Shown here: positions 30,333 to 40,100 of the stretch, one piece after another
How the letters are laid out: every line of letters begins with the position of its first letter
Numbering within the stretch: position 1 is the stretch's first letter
Source of the DNA: Candidatus Bathyarchaeota archaeon
GTDB lineage: Archaea > Thermoproteota > Bathyarchaeia > Bathyarchaeales > Bathycorpusculaceae
Assembly (NCBI GenBank): GCA_963767735.1
Contig: CAVYES010000003.1
Location: 32,001-96,000 of the forward strand
DNA: 64,000 bases
Direction of reading: 5' to 3'
Position numbers and translations under genes: made by a program
Notes under the pieces: model-generated
The model's input: only the letters and a program-made list of their open reading frames with translations
Told to the model about the DNA's origin: nothing
The model's database searches: none

Positions 30333-30974
30333 TTATTCGTTTTCTTCTTCTTGTGTTTCTTCTTGTGGTTGGGCGGTTTCTGCTTTTTGTGCGTCGCTTG
30401 AGAGTAGCATGTTGATTAGTGCTTTTTGGTCTACTTCTGCCCTTGTTCTCCAATCCAGATATATCTGTCCATTGTCATCTTGCCCTAAGTAGCCGTAGCG
30501 AATGTAGCGTTCGATGTTTAAGCCGACTTTCCAGTTGGGCATTTTCTCGGCAAGCAGTTTTTCAACGTCTTTTCGTGCTGCCTGCCTTTTCTTGCTAATT
30601 ATGTACGAGATTGTTATAGCTAAGCCAGCTAAATCGTCAATGTGCCAACCCATCAACTTATCCTTTGTCGCCAAGTCGCCACGTAGCGCAACATAGAATC
30701 TTGCTTTATCCAGCTCATCTAAAGTTGGCTTTTCCGGAGTTTTCTCCTCTTCAAAAACCGTTTTAACCTGCAGATCCAGCGGTTTTAGGTAATCGTCAAG
30801 CAGATCAAGCACTTTGGGGTAATCTGAACCTAAACCTTTACGCAGCTCCCAGCCTTTAACGCCTGGTTTCTGATGGCGCTTGTAGAAGAGCATCTGCGTT
30901 GCTTTCTTGATTTTGCCGCCGTAAACGCCTTTTCTTTTGCTCAATTCAATTCGCCTCTTTTCCATTTCTGCCAA
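30333..30974 (-). CDS. Putative KITE subunit (tandem winged helix; ScpB/Nse1/Nse3-like)
   Basis: 213 aa, last gene of the SMC-kleisin operon; LDDYLKPLDLQV in WH-A and IERYIRYGYL...YLDWRTRAEV in WH-B. Confidence 0.65.
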   Translation of the reverse strand: MAEMEKRRIELSKRKGVYGGKIKKATQMLFYKRHQKPGVKGWELRKGLGSDYPKVLDLLDDYLKPLDLQVKTVFEEEKTPEKPTLDELDKARFYVALRGDLATKDKLMGWHIDDLAGLAITISYIISKKRQAARKDVEKLLAEKMPNWKVGLNIERYIRYGYLGQDDNGQIYLDWRTRAEVDQKALINMLLSSDAQKAETAQPQEETQEEENE

Positions 30975-31768
30975 TCTTCACATGAGACGGCGATGGGCAC
31001 CGATGTTGACTGCTGCGTTAAAAGTTCTGTTCTGGGTTTGTCGAAGGGTTTTATGAAAACAAGTTCTTCTAACCTGTCAATCTCCAACGTTGCATAGCCG
31101 TAGGTAACCAAAAAACTTGTTAAGAAAGCTCTTTGAACTGTTTCTTCGTATGTGTCCGCCCCGATAAAATCCCAATAATGGAGTTTTCCATCCTGCCCTT
31201 TCTTAGCCGCGCAGTCTTTGAGTTCTTGCCAGTAACAGTTCAATTCATCAGAAAATTCTCTGTCACCTAAAACTCGCTGCTTAATCAGTTCTTCCCTGCT
31301 TGCAAAACCCATCGAAACTTCAGCTGCACTAATGTCTTTCCATCTTTCACTGATTGGAGCTAACGCTTCCCAGTAGAGTAATCCTTGGGCTAAAGTGTTG
31401 AGGCTGATTTGTTCAAACTCGATTAGCGGATTCCACGCTTTAAGAAAAACGTTAACCATCTCTTGCTTTCCAATTTGCAAGATTTTTTCTTCCAGCAAAA
31501 ACGGGTCAGTATAAAGCGAAGTTGACCGCTGCTTGACCCATTCACTCTGCATCTTTATCACTGAGGCTAAATGGTGGAGAGCTTCAGCGTCCAGCTTTAG
31601 CTCGTCGGGATGTTCCCAATGCGGGAAATACTCTCTAACTATTTTGATTATTTCGTCAACATTTAGCGTGAAGGGGTCTGCTGTGTGGTTTTCGATGGCG
31701 ATGCACATTTCAATTACGCGCTCCAGCCTTTCTTTGCCAAGCGCCTTGTGCTGTTTTGTTGCCTGCAT
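30941..31768 (-). CDS. Putative kleisin (ScpA-like)
   Basis: N-terminal DPFTLNVDEII...ALHHLASVIKMQS and C-terminal wHTH ETVQRAFLTSFLVTYGYATL; start coupled to the SMC stop (TAATG). Confidence 0.7.
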   Translation of the reverse strand: MQATKQHKALGKERLERVIEMCIAIENHTADPFTLNVDEIIKIVREYFPHWEHPDELKLDAEALHHLASVIKMQSEWVKQRSTSLYTDPFLLEEKILQIGKQEMVNVFLKAWNPLIEFEQISLNTLAQGLLYWEALAPISERWKDISAAEVSMGFASREELIKQRVLGDREFSDELNCYWQELKDCAAKKGQDGKLHYWDFIGADTYEETVQRAFLTSFLVTYGYATLEIDRLEELVFIKPFDKPRTELLTQQSTSVPIAVSCEDWQKWKRGELN

Positions 31769-33693
31769 TACGCTGTTACCTCACGCACCACTGATTTTCC
31801 TTCAAGATTCTGAACCGTAATCACGTTAGCATCTTGCTGGGCAAAGGTGATTTGGCTTGGAGTAATTACAACGTATTGGGCGTTTGCATCTTTAATCATG
31901 GAGAGGAGGATTTTCGCGATCATTTCGCGGTTTTTAGGGTCCATGTGAATGTCGTATTCGTCGACTGCTCGGAACGGGGAGCGTACATGCTGCTGCAAGG
32001 CTAAGAGAAAACTCATGGTTGCCGTGGTCCGCTCGCCGCCGCTTTGAGTGTAAGCATCTAGCGCTACTGGTTTTCCACCTTTGAAGCCAACGAGGATTTC
32101 TAAGCCTGCTGTTTCAATGTCCTGTTCATTGGAGAGCTGCACTTCTCCCTTTGCCATGGTTTGGCTCATGATTTTCTGGTATTCCACGTTTACGCGGCTA
32201 AGAAGGTTCTGCATGACGGTTCGCCAAGATAGCATTCGGGTTTTGACTTCTTCAAGGGTTTTCTCGCGGTTTTCGGCTACAAGCTGCGCTTTTTCCTTCA
32301 GCTCCAAATAAAGTTTCGAGTAGGATTCGTACTGGCGCTCTATGTCCTCTGACACGTCAGCCAGAGCTGCGATATGCCCCTCTGTTAAACTGATTTCATC
32401 TTGTATTTCAGAGGCGCTTTTTAAGACTGCTATTCGTTCACCCGACTGCTCAGCCTTAAGAACTGTTGCCTTAAGGTTTTCGTCTGCTTCTTTTAGTGAT
32501 TTTTCAATTTCTTTTAGATTAACGATTGCGTTTGCACGCTTAAACTCAAGCAGGGCAAGGGTAACCTTTTTCTCAAGCGCTTCGTCTGAAACCGTGTCCG
32601 CTGACTTTTCCAGATTATGCGTTTTTGCTTGGTTTTCTTTGACTTGCTCGTTGGCCTCAATGATTCTCAACTGTGCATTTTTGAGCATTTCTTTGAGGTT
32701 TTCACTTCTGAGCAGTTTAAGTTGGCTTTTACTGCTCTGGATCGCTAGCTGTAGCGATTGTGTTTCTTCGAGCAACTGTTGAATCAGAGATTCTGAGGCT
32801 TGGTTTTGGGCGATTTGGTGTTCAAGGCTTAACCGTTCGTCAAAAGCTGCCTTTACACTTTTTCTTAGTGTTTCCTGCTGGTTCTGCTGGCTGTTTAGCT
32901 GGTTAGTTATTGCCTGCTTTTGGTCTTCGATTTTGCCCAGTGCGTCTTTGTTTTTGTTTAGGTTAGATTGTAAGTTTTTAACTATGCTTTCCCGTCTTTC
33001 AACTTCTGCCCACCCTAATTCCCTGTCTAAAAATCTGCGTTTAATCTGAAGCTGCTTTTTCTCCTGGTATTTTTCGTATTGTTCACGCCAGTAATTGAGG
33101 GTTTGCTGCGCTTGTTCTAAGAGTTTGCTTACTGATTCTTCTTGCGTGAGGATTCGCATGAGTTTTGTTTTTGCTTGCAGGACGTTTTCGCGGAATGGCT
33201 CTAATCCGACTGCTTCTTCGACCATGCGTAGTTTTTCATTGTTGCTCAGCACGGTGAATTGTTCAACCATGTTCTGGTGCATGATGATGAGCATGTTGTC
33301 GGGGTCCACGCCGAATCTGCCCAATAAACGTTCAACATCTTGTTTTCCGACAGCTCGGTTTTCAAGTTCAAACCCGTATTTGCCGTCTCGGCGTAGAGTC
33401 CGGGTTAGAAACAGTTGGTCTTTTTGGTATTTTGGTACGGGGCGTTTGTTTCCCTGTTTGCCATTATCTAAAATAAGCGTCACCCGCGCCTGGTCTCGTC
33501 CCCACCTGATTAAATCGCTGAGTTTTCTTGAGCGCTCCGTATAGGATTGCCCCAAGCCAACCGATATTGCCAGCAGAAGCGAGGATTTTCCTGCCCCGTT
33601 GGGTCCACCAATAACGTTTACGCCTTGTTTAAACGGTACCCTTGCGTACTCGTAACTCATGAAATTTTCAAGTATAACTTCTTGGATTAACAT
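31768..33693 (-). CDS. Short SMC-family ATPase with Smc5/6-like head; no recognisable hinge or zinc hook
   Basis: LENFMSY, Walker A GPNGAGKS, Q-loop MHQ, signature QSGGE, Walker B/D-loop AVDEYDIHMD; central coiled coil; 641 aa. Confidence 0.92.
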   Translation of the reverse strand: MLIQEVILENFMSYEYARVPFKQGVNVIGGPNGAGKSSLLLAISVGLGQSYTERSRKLSDLIRWGRDQARVTLILDNGKQGNKRPVPKYQKDQLFLTRTLRRDGKYGFELENRAVGKQDVERLLGRFGVDPDNMLIIMHQNMVEQFTVLSNNEKLRMVEEAVGLEPFRENVLQAKTKLMRILTQEESVSKLLEQAQQTLNYWREQYEKYQEKKQLQIKRRFLDRELGWAEVERRESIVKNLQSNLNKNKDALGKIEDQKQAITNQLNSQQNQQETLRKSVKAAFDERLSLEHQIAQNQASESLIQQLLEETQSLQLAIQSSKSQLKLLRSENLKEMLKNAQLRIIEANEQVKENQAKTHNLEKSADTVSDEALEKKVTLALLEFKRANAIVNLKEIEKSLKEADENLKATVLKAEQSGERIAVLKSASEIQDEISLTEGHIAALADVSEDIERQYESYSKLYLELKEKAQLVAENREKTLEEVKTRMLSWRTVMQNLLSRVNVEYQKIMSQTMAKGEVQLSNEQDIETAGLEILVGFKGGKPVALDAYTQSGGERTTATMSFLLALQQHVRSPFRAVDEYDIHMDPKNREMIAKILLSMIKDANAQYVVITPSQITFAQQDANVITVQNLEGKSVVREVTA

Positions 33694-34167
33694 TAAAGTT
33701 TCTTAGCCTCTAAATTGAGCGTTCGTATCTAAGGAAAAGCGTCTTATTAAAACAATTTGACATCTCTATGATGATTGTTCTCGCGAACATCAATGATTGA
33801 ATCATTCAAGTGATAGTTGTTTTAATAATGCAAATAAAGCCAGCGTTATTTGCAAGGGCTTGTCTGCTTTCTCTACTTTTTCGGTGGTGTAAAAAGAATC
33901 TATTGTTGCTTCGGCTGTGTCGCTGTTGCTTTTTTGCAGGTTAACCTGCCGTGTGTGTCCCAAGAGGACGTACAAAGGAATATGCCGAAGATAATCCTTA
34001 TTTGAGTGATGGCGGTGGAAGACCGCTCAGAGCCACTTAACCCACAAATTTGTCCTGGGGTTTGCATTTCCCCTTTTCCTTCTAATTTCGGGTCAAGCGG
34101 TTCTGTAATCTTCATCTCAAAACTTTCACTCTACGAGACACGGACAAATTTTTAGACGTGTAAACGC

Positions 34168-34719
34168 CTAAGCGGTCAGCACGGCAATATAACACTTCAA
34201 ATCTTCATTATCAACGAAAGAAACTGTCTTCAAACGGGAGCTTTCAAGAACATCCATGAATGTGCTGAGAGGAAAAGCCTTCTTCAACCCAGTGATCACA
34301 ACTTTGCCGCCAAGTTTGGCAACCCACTTTAACTCGTTTAAAGTTTCAAGGGGCTCTGGCGTGTTCTGAAGCACCGTGAACGCGAAACTGACATCAAAAA
34401 CTGCTTCTCTAAAGGGCAAGTGGTCAGCGTCAGCCTGCAAAACCTGCACATTCTGGAATGCACGCGTTTGACCTTTGGCTTTAAGCAAGAGTTTGCGTGA
34501 AACGTCAACGCCCACCAGCTCCTTTGCCTTTGCTGCCGCATAGCGGAAAAACAAGCCTGAGCCGCATCCAACATCCAAGACAGTGCAGCCTGCCACATCT
34601 ACGTTTTCCAATGATGCCCCATATTTTGCCTCCTGTTCTTGGGCATATCGCTCTTCGTACATTTCAGCTGTTAAATCATAACGTTGCATTACCTTGCGCT
34701 TGTCTTTCCAGCCTGTCAC
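34168..34719 (-). CDS. Class I SAM-dependent methyltransferase
   Basis: VLDVGCGSG, GVDVS and ADADHLPF. Confidence 0.9.
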   Translation of the reverse strand: MTGWKDKRKVMQRYDLTAEMYEERYAQEQEAKYGASLENVDVAGCTVLDVGCGSGLFFRYAAAKAKELVGVDVSRKLLLKAKGQTRAFQNVQVLQADADHLPFREAVFDVSFAFTVLQNTPEPLETLNELKWVAKLGGKVVITGLKKAFPLSTFMDVLESSRLKTVSFVDNEDLKCYIAVLTA

Positions 34720-34783
34720 TTCTGAGTTCCTTCAAGAAATCTTATGTACCTAAAGCCTGACTAAAATAGTTGGCTGAAAACAA

Positions 34784-35575
34784 TTGCAACATCCAAACAA
34801 AATCTCTGTCCTTACAGAACCAACGCTTGCGGAAGCTGCCACGTTGATTGAGAAAGCTTTTGTCCAAAGAAGAACCCTCATCGTTGCCGGCGCATGCCAA
34901 GTAACCTATGCTGGCAGGGCAAATTCCACTCTTGAACTTGGCGAACGAATCTTAATCATAAAAGCTGACGGCTCGCTTCTTGTTCACCGACCAGTCGGCT
35001 ATGAACCAGTCAACTGGCAACCCGCAGGCAGCATCTTCCATGTCCAAGTCAAAAACGACGAACTGGAGGTTCATGGCGTTAGGCAGAAGCCGCGTGAAAC
35101 CGTCCGCGTAATCTTCGACAGCGTCTACATGGTTTCGGCGCTTAACCTTTCAGATTCAGGTGATTTTCTTTTGCACGCAAGCGAAAACGACATGCACCGT
35201 GCGATTCTTCTGAAGCCTGAACTGCTCGAAGCGGGATTCAAGCCAATTAGCTGGGAGAAAAAAGTTGAGCCGGGCTTCGTGGACATCTACGGTGAAGACA
35301 AAAACGGCAAACTCGTCATAGTTGAAGTTAAACGCAAAACCGCATCAAAAGAGGCCGCGTTGCAGTTGGCAAAATACGTTGAACCAATCAAAGCTAAAGT
35401 TAACCGTGAAGTCCGCGGCGTGCTGGTTGCTCCCAGCCTCGGCAAGGACGTGCAGAGAATGCTTGTCACGCTTGGATTGGAATATAAGGCGTTGGACCCC
35501 AAAACCTGCGCTGAGGTCCTTAAGAAGACAGAAAACAAAAAGCTGGAAACGTTCTTCAACAAAAAGGAACAGTAA
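34784..35575 (+). CDS. nucS: Endonuclease NucS/EndoMS
   Basis: IIKADGSLLVH, EPVNWQP, VDIYG...VEVKR and QLAKY. Confidence 0.95.
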   Translation: MQHPNKISVLTEPTLAEAATLIEKAFVQRRTLIVAGACQVTYAGRANSTLELGERILIIKADGSLLVHRPVGYEPVNWQPAGSIFHVQVKNDELEVHGVRQKPRETVRVIFDSVYMVSALNLSDSGDFLLHASENDMHRAILLKPELLEAGFKPISWEKKVEPGFVDIYGEDKNGKLVIVEVKRKTASKEAALQLAKYVEPIKAKVNREVRGVLVAPSLGKDVQRMLVTLGLEYKALDPKTCAEVLKKTENKKLETFFNKKEQ

Positions 35576-35816
35576 TTTGACCCAACGACGAGTGAATTTG
35601 CTATCGAAAATTAGCGGCTAAATGAGAGCGGAGGGTGAGTAGTTTTTGGCTATTAAAATATTTTATAAAGTGATGCGCGCTTGATTGGCGCACTATTGAA
35701 TGAAAAACAAGTCAAAAATGCAGGTATCCTCTCCCGTAGGGAAAGTTTCAAAAACAATCTTTGTAATGCTTGCTACTGAAGCATCTTTTTTAAAAAGTGA
35801 GTAAGAAAAAATGAAA

Positions 35817-36380
35817 TTATTCTTTGGGCTTGTTGTTTTCTGGGACGAATACGGCTGCCGCGACGGTTGTTGTCCATAAGCCGTTTTTGTCTCCTGCTGC
35901 CGACTGGGTTATGTTGGCTGTTTTGATGATTAGCCCAGTGGTTTTAAAGAGTTGTTTGCGTTCGTCCCACGCGGTTTCGGGGTCAAATTGGATGCCCATG
36001 GTTGTCGCAAGCATTGTTGCTGCTAGGTCTTCTGCGTAGTCGCCTGCTGACTCGTCTGTTTGACCGTAAGAGTGGTGTTCGGAGAGATAGCCATATTGGT
36101 CTTTGCCTGAGGGGATAGCTATGCCGATGGATGATGCGACAAGTCTATGCGGCTCATTGGTGGAGTTGCGGGCGATGACGACAAAGGTGATTTCGCCAGG
36201 CTGCACCATCTTTAAGCCTTTTTCTCGCGTGAGCATTTCACATCCGGGCGGTACAATGCTTGAAACGCTAACCAAATTGCACATCTGTATGCCTGCGTCT
36301 CTTAGGGCTAATTCAAAAGATTGGAGTTGCTCTTTATGTTTGCCAACTCCTTTAGTAAGAAAGAAGGATTTGGGTATCAT
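35817..36380 (-). CDS. pdaD: Pyruvoyl-dependent arginine decarboxylase (alternative start 36413)
   Basis: [21 protein letters not shown] (SS self-cleavage site) and GYLSEHH. Confidence 0.92.
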   Translation of the reverse strand: MIPKSFFLTKGVGKHKEQLQSFELALRDAGIQMCNLVSVSSIVPPGCEMLTREKGLKMVQPGEITFVVIARNSTNEPHRLVASSIGIAIPSGKDQYGYLSEHHSYGQTDESAGDYAEDLAATMLATTMGIQFDPETAWDERKQLFKTTGLIIKTANITQSAAGDKNGLWTTTVAAAVFVPENNKPKE

Positions 36381-36681
36381 GTTAGTGTCGGAAAATAGGA
36401 TTGCAGAATGCATTAATTAGGCTTTTGTTTCAAAACCAAGGTGACGATATCTCCTCTGTTCGCATTTTTATTTTTTCTATTTCGTTTCCACCCTTCCAAG
36501 CGGAGCCTCCTTGTTTTTATACGTCTCGCAAAGAAAAATAGGTTGAATTGGCTCGAGCTATCTTCGTTATGGAATTCTGAATGATAATGCGGCCCGCCCT
36601 GTGCCTGAAATTTTAGTTGCAGCTTCAAATAGTTCAAAACATCAAAATATAAATAAAAATTGGGATTGTTGACCCTTGCAT

Positions 36682-37134
36682 CTAAACGTGGGTGACTGAC
36701 ATTTCTTTTACGCGAGTCTCGATGAATTCAGCTACTTTTAGTTCGGTGAATTCTTTTTCGTCCTCCTGTAACTTTATTTGTTCTTTTACTGTGTTTAGGA
36801 GTTTTTCGATATCGACAGGTTTAATCATGTAGGCGTCAGCGTTTTTGTTTAAAGCGGTAATGGCGTTCTGCATTGACGGGTAGCCTGTCACCATTATTTT
36901 TCGGGTTCTTGGCACAGCGTCTTTCATCAGCTTCAAAAGTTCCACTCCTTCCATATCAGGCAGTCGAATGTCTAAGAGCGCTACATTGTATGCTGTCTCT
37001 TCTGTTTTTTTGATTGCTTCCCTTCCGGTTGCTGCTATGTCCACTTTGTAACCTTCGTCCTCAAGGATTGCTTTCATAGTTCTCGTTATGCTTTCGTCGT
37101 CGTCGACAACAAGGATTCTGGCATGTTTATCCAT
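36682..37134 (-). CDS. Response regulator receiver protein
   Basis: ILVVDDD, LLDIRLPDMEG, TGY and KP. Confidence 0.95.
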   Translation of the reverse strand: MDKHARILVVDDDESITRTMKAILEDEGYKVDIAATGREAIKKTEETAYNVALLDIRLPDMEGVELLKLMKDAVPRTRKIMVTGYPSMQNAITALNKNADAYMIKPVDIEKLLNTVKEQIKLQEDEKEFTELKVAEFIETRVKEMSVTHV

Positions 37135-40100
37135 GTTTGTTCACCTCCAACCTCAGATTTAGATTTAATCGGCAAAATTATTGTGAACGTTGTTCCCTTG
37201 TTCACTTCAGTTTTCACCGCTATCTTGCCCCCATGCGAGTCTACAATACGTTTACATATAGCTAAGCCAAAGCCCATGCCCTGCGCCTTAGTCGTGACCA
37301 GTGGAGCGAAAATCTTTGGCAACACCTCATCAGGTATGCCTATGCCCGTGTCGGCGAAGGCAATTTCCACGTTTTCTCCTATCTGGCAGCTTCTGATTTC
37401 AAGTGTTCCCTTTTCAGGCATGGCGTCTATCGCATTCTTGATGAGGTTTATGAAAACGCGCATCATCTTGTCAGCGTCAACCCTAACCCAAGTCTCCTCG
37501 AGAACGTGGTTTACGATTTGTATTCTGTCTGGAACCTGAATCATCTGGATTGCCTCGTTCAAAAGTGCAGACGTCTCGGTTTCTGTCAGTTCCAGTTGCA
37601 TCTGTCTTGAGTAGTCTAGGAGGTCGTTGATGATCTTGTTTGAGTGAGCGATGGCTTTATCGATGATTTCAAGCATTTCTTTAGCTTGACCTTCGGGGCA
37701 TGTGGCCCCCTTCTTCTTTAAGTAGTAAGCAGCGTTTTTGATGCCTGTCAACGGATTACGCAAGTCGTGACCGACCATTCCTGCTAACTCGCCGATAGCC
37801 GCCAACCGTTCAGACTTGACAAGCTGAGCCTGAGCATGCTCCAACTGCTCAGTTCTTTCTTTAACCAATCTTTCAAGATGCGTAGAATATTGTTCAAGTT
37901 TTTCTTTCAGTTTCTTGCTTTCTGTAATATCGGTTTCTATGCCGAGAATTGCCGGTTCTCCGTTGTAATCGATTACTTTTGTAGAGTTGATTACGTCTTT
38001 AGTTTTTCCCTTCTTTGAGATCAGCCTGTACTCATATGGAGGGACCTCTTCACCTTTCAGGTGTTTTATGAATATTGACTTCACCGACTCTTTAGATTCT
38101 GGTGCAATTAAGTTCATAAAGTTGAACTTTGGCGAGTAGAATTCTTCCTTCGTGTATCCTGTTGCTTTCTCGGCTTCTGTGTTGGCGTAGACGACTTTTC
38201 CTTTCTGATTAATGAAAATAATGTTTGGCGATTGCTCGGCAAGATTGCGGAACTTCTCTTCCGAGCTTCTAAGAAAGTTTTCAGTTCTCTTGCGTTCGGT
38301 GATGTCAGTTGCGTAAATATTTACGTAGCCTGCCGCGGTGACTGGCGCAAACAAGAGCGAAAATATCTTAGCTTCACAACTCTTTGCTCCAAACGTTTCT
38401 TCAACCTCAACCCTCCTATCCAATGCCAAGGCATTGATTGCATCTCGGATTATGTGTTCAGGGGCACGTTCGCCGACCATGCTTTTCCATGCAGTCAGCA
38501 AAGAGTCTCCGGCTTGGTTGCAATAAAGAATTGTGCCTTTTTCGTCTATGCGAAATATCGGATTAGGATTCTCGGAAGGAAACTTGGCTAGGTTTTCAAT
38601 TTCGCGCTCTTGCTGCTTGCGTTCGGTTATTGGTATCACGAGCTCTAATGCGGCTGTTATGTTTCCATCTTTGTCCTTGATTGGCGTGGCGATAAGCTGT
38701 GTCCAGACGGTTACGCCTTTTTCTCGGTCGAAAACCATGAACTCGCGAGAGTCAGATTCTTTGCCCTCGAAAACCTTTTTTACTCCGCATTCAGGGCAAA
38801 CTGTGTCTAAGTAGTTGTAGGTGGCGTAGCACCTTCTGCCTTCTAGGTCTGGTATGCCTCTCAACTGTTTCATGACTTTGTTGGTCCACAGAATGCGGTA
38901 GTCTTTGCTGGTTATGGTGAGTCCAACGCCTATGCTTTCAGTTATAGTTTCCAGTTTTTCGGTTTCTTGTCTCAGTTCGCTCTCCATTTTTTTGCGTAGA
39001 GTGATGTCTGAGACTAGGGCAAGAGTGCCTAAGCAGCTTCCTTCGTCATCTTTGATCTGAGCGAGGGCAATACTTGTGTTAACGAGGGAGCCGTCTTTGC
39101 ACATGAATTCATGTTCAAAGTTTCCCTTCATCCCTTGCTTGAACTGTAACAGATACTTGGCGGTTTTTTCAAGGTCAGTCTTGATTAGAAAATCGAATAT
39201 GCTTTTGCCAATCATTTCGCTTTCTGTGTATCCTAACATTTGCGCCATGTGAGGGTTGACAAATACCGTGTTGAAATCGTTGTCTACAGCCCATATACCC
39301 TCCTGCGCAAGCTCAACTAGTTGACGATATCCTGCCTCGCTTTCCATCAGAGCTTTTTGCACTTTTCTGCTTTCAGTAATATCATGGAAAACGCAGTAGA
39401 GGAACTTTTTGCCCGCTAATTCAACTGTTCTGGTGTTTACTAGAACATCTCTGATTTCGCCGTTTTTGGTGCTATGCTTGGTCTCGAATTCGCCTCCTCC
39501 CTCCTTCACCATTGTGGCTACGTGCTTGCTTATTTCGTCAAATGTCTCTTTTGCTTCAAAATCTGGAATGCATAGTTTTGAAAACTCTTCTCGGGAATAG
39601 CCTAGTTGGGTGTGGGCTACTTCATTGAACTCGACAGGCTTTTTGGCTTGAGGGTCGATAACCAAGACACCTAAAGGTGCCTGATTAAACAAAGCGCGGT
39701 AACGTTTCTCAGCTTCTTGCAGCTTCTGCTCGGCTTGTTTTCTCTTGGTGATATCTCGTGCTGCTGCAAAAACTCCCTGCACCCCGCCCATCTCGTTCCT
39801 GTAAACGGTAGCATTGTATAAAACGTCTATAATTTTTCCAGATTTGTGCCTAATCGCTAGCGGATAATCTTTTACCAAGCCTTCCGTGAAAACTTTTTGG
39901 TATCCTGACCTTGCCTCTTCAGGATCGGCAAAATAATCGGAGAAGTCGCTTCCAATTAACTTATCACGAGGTAGTCCAGTAGCAACTTCCGTAGATTTGT
40001 TAACGTCAGTGATTTTTCCATCTACACTAATAGTAACTATAGGGTCAACGCTTGCTTCAATCAAGCTTCTTGCGTAGAGCGAGGCAGCGAGAAGTTTTTT

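Noticed and set aside
33900-34115. 71-aa ORF between the SMC gene and the methyltransferase
   Set aside because: No recognisable motif in any frame; may be a small or frameshifted gene but cannot be supported
30333-35575. Wadjet (JetABCD) defence system with NucS as the nuclease
   Set aside because: No Toprim JetD, gene order and sizes differ, and nucS is divergent and separated by other genes; linkage unsupported
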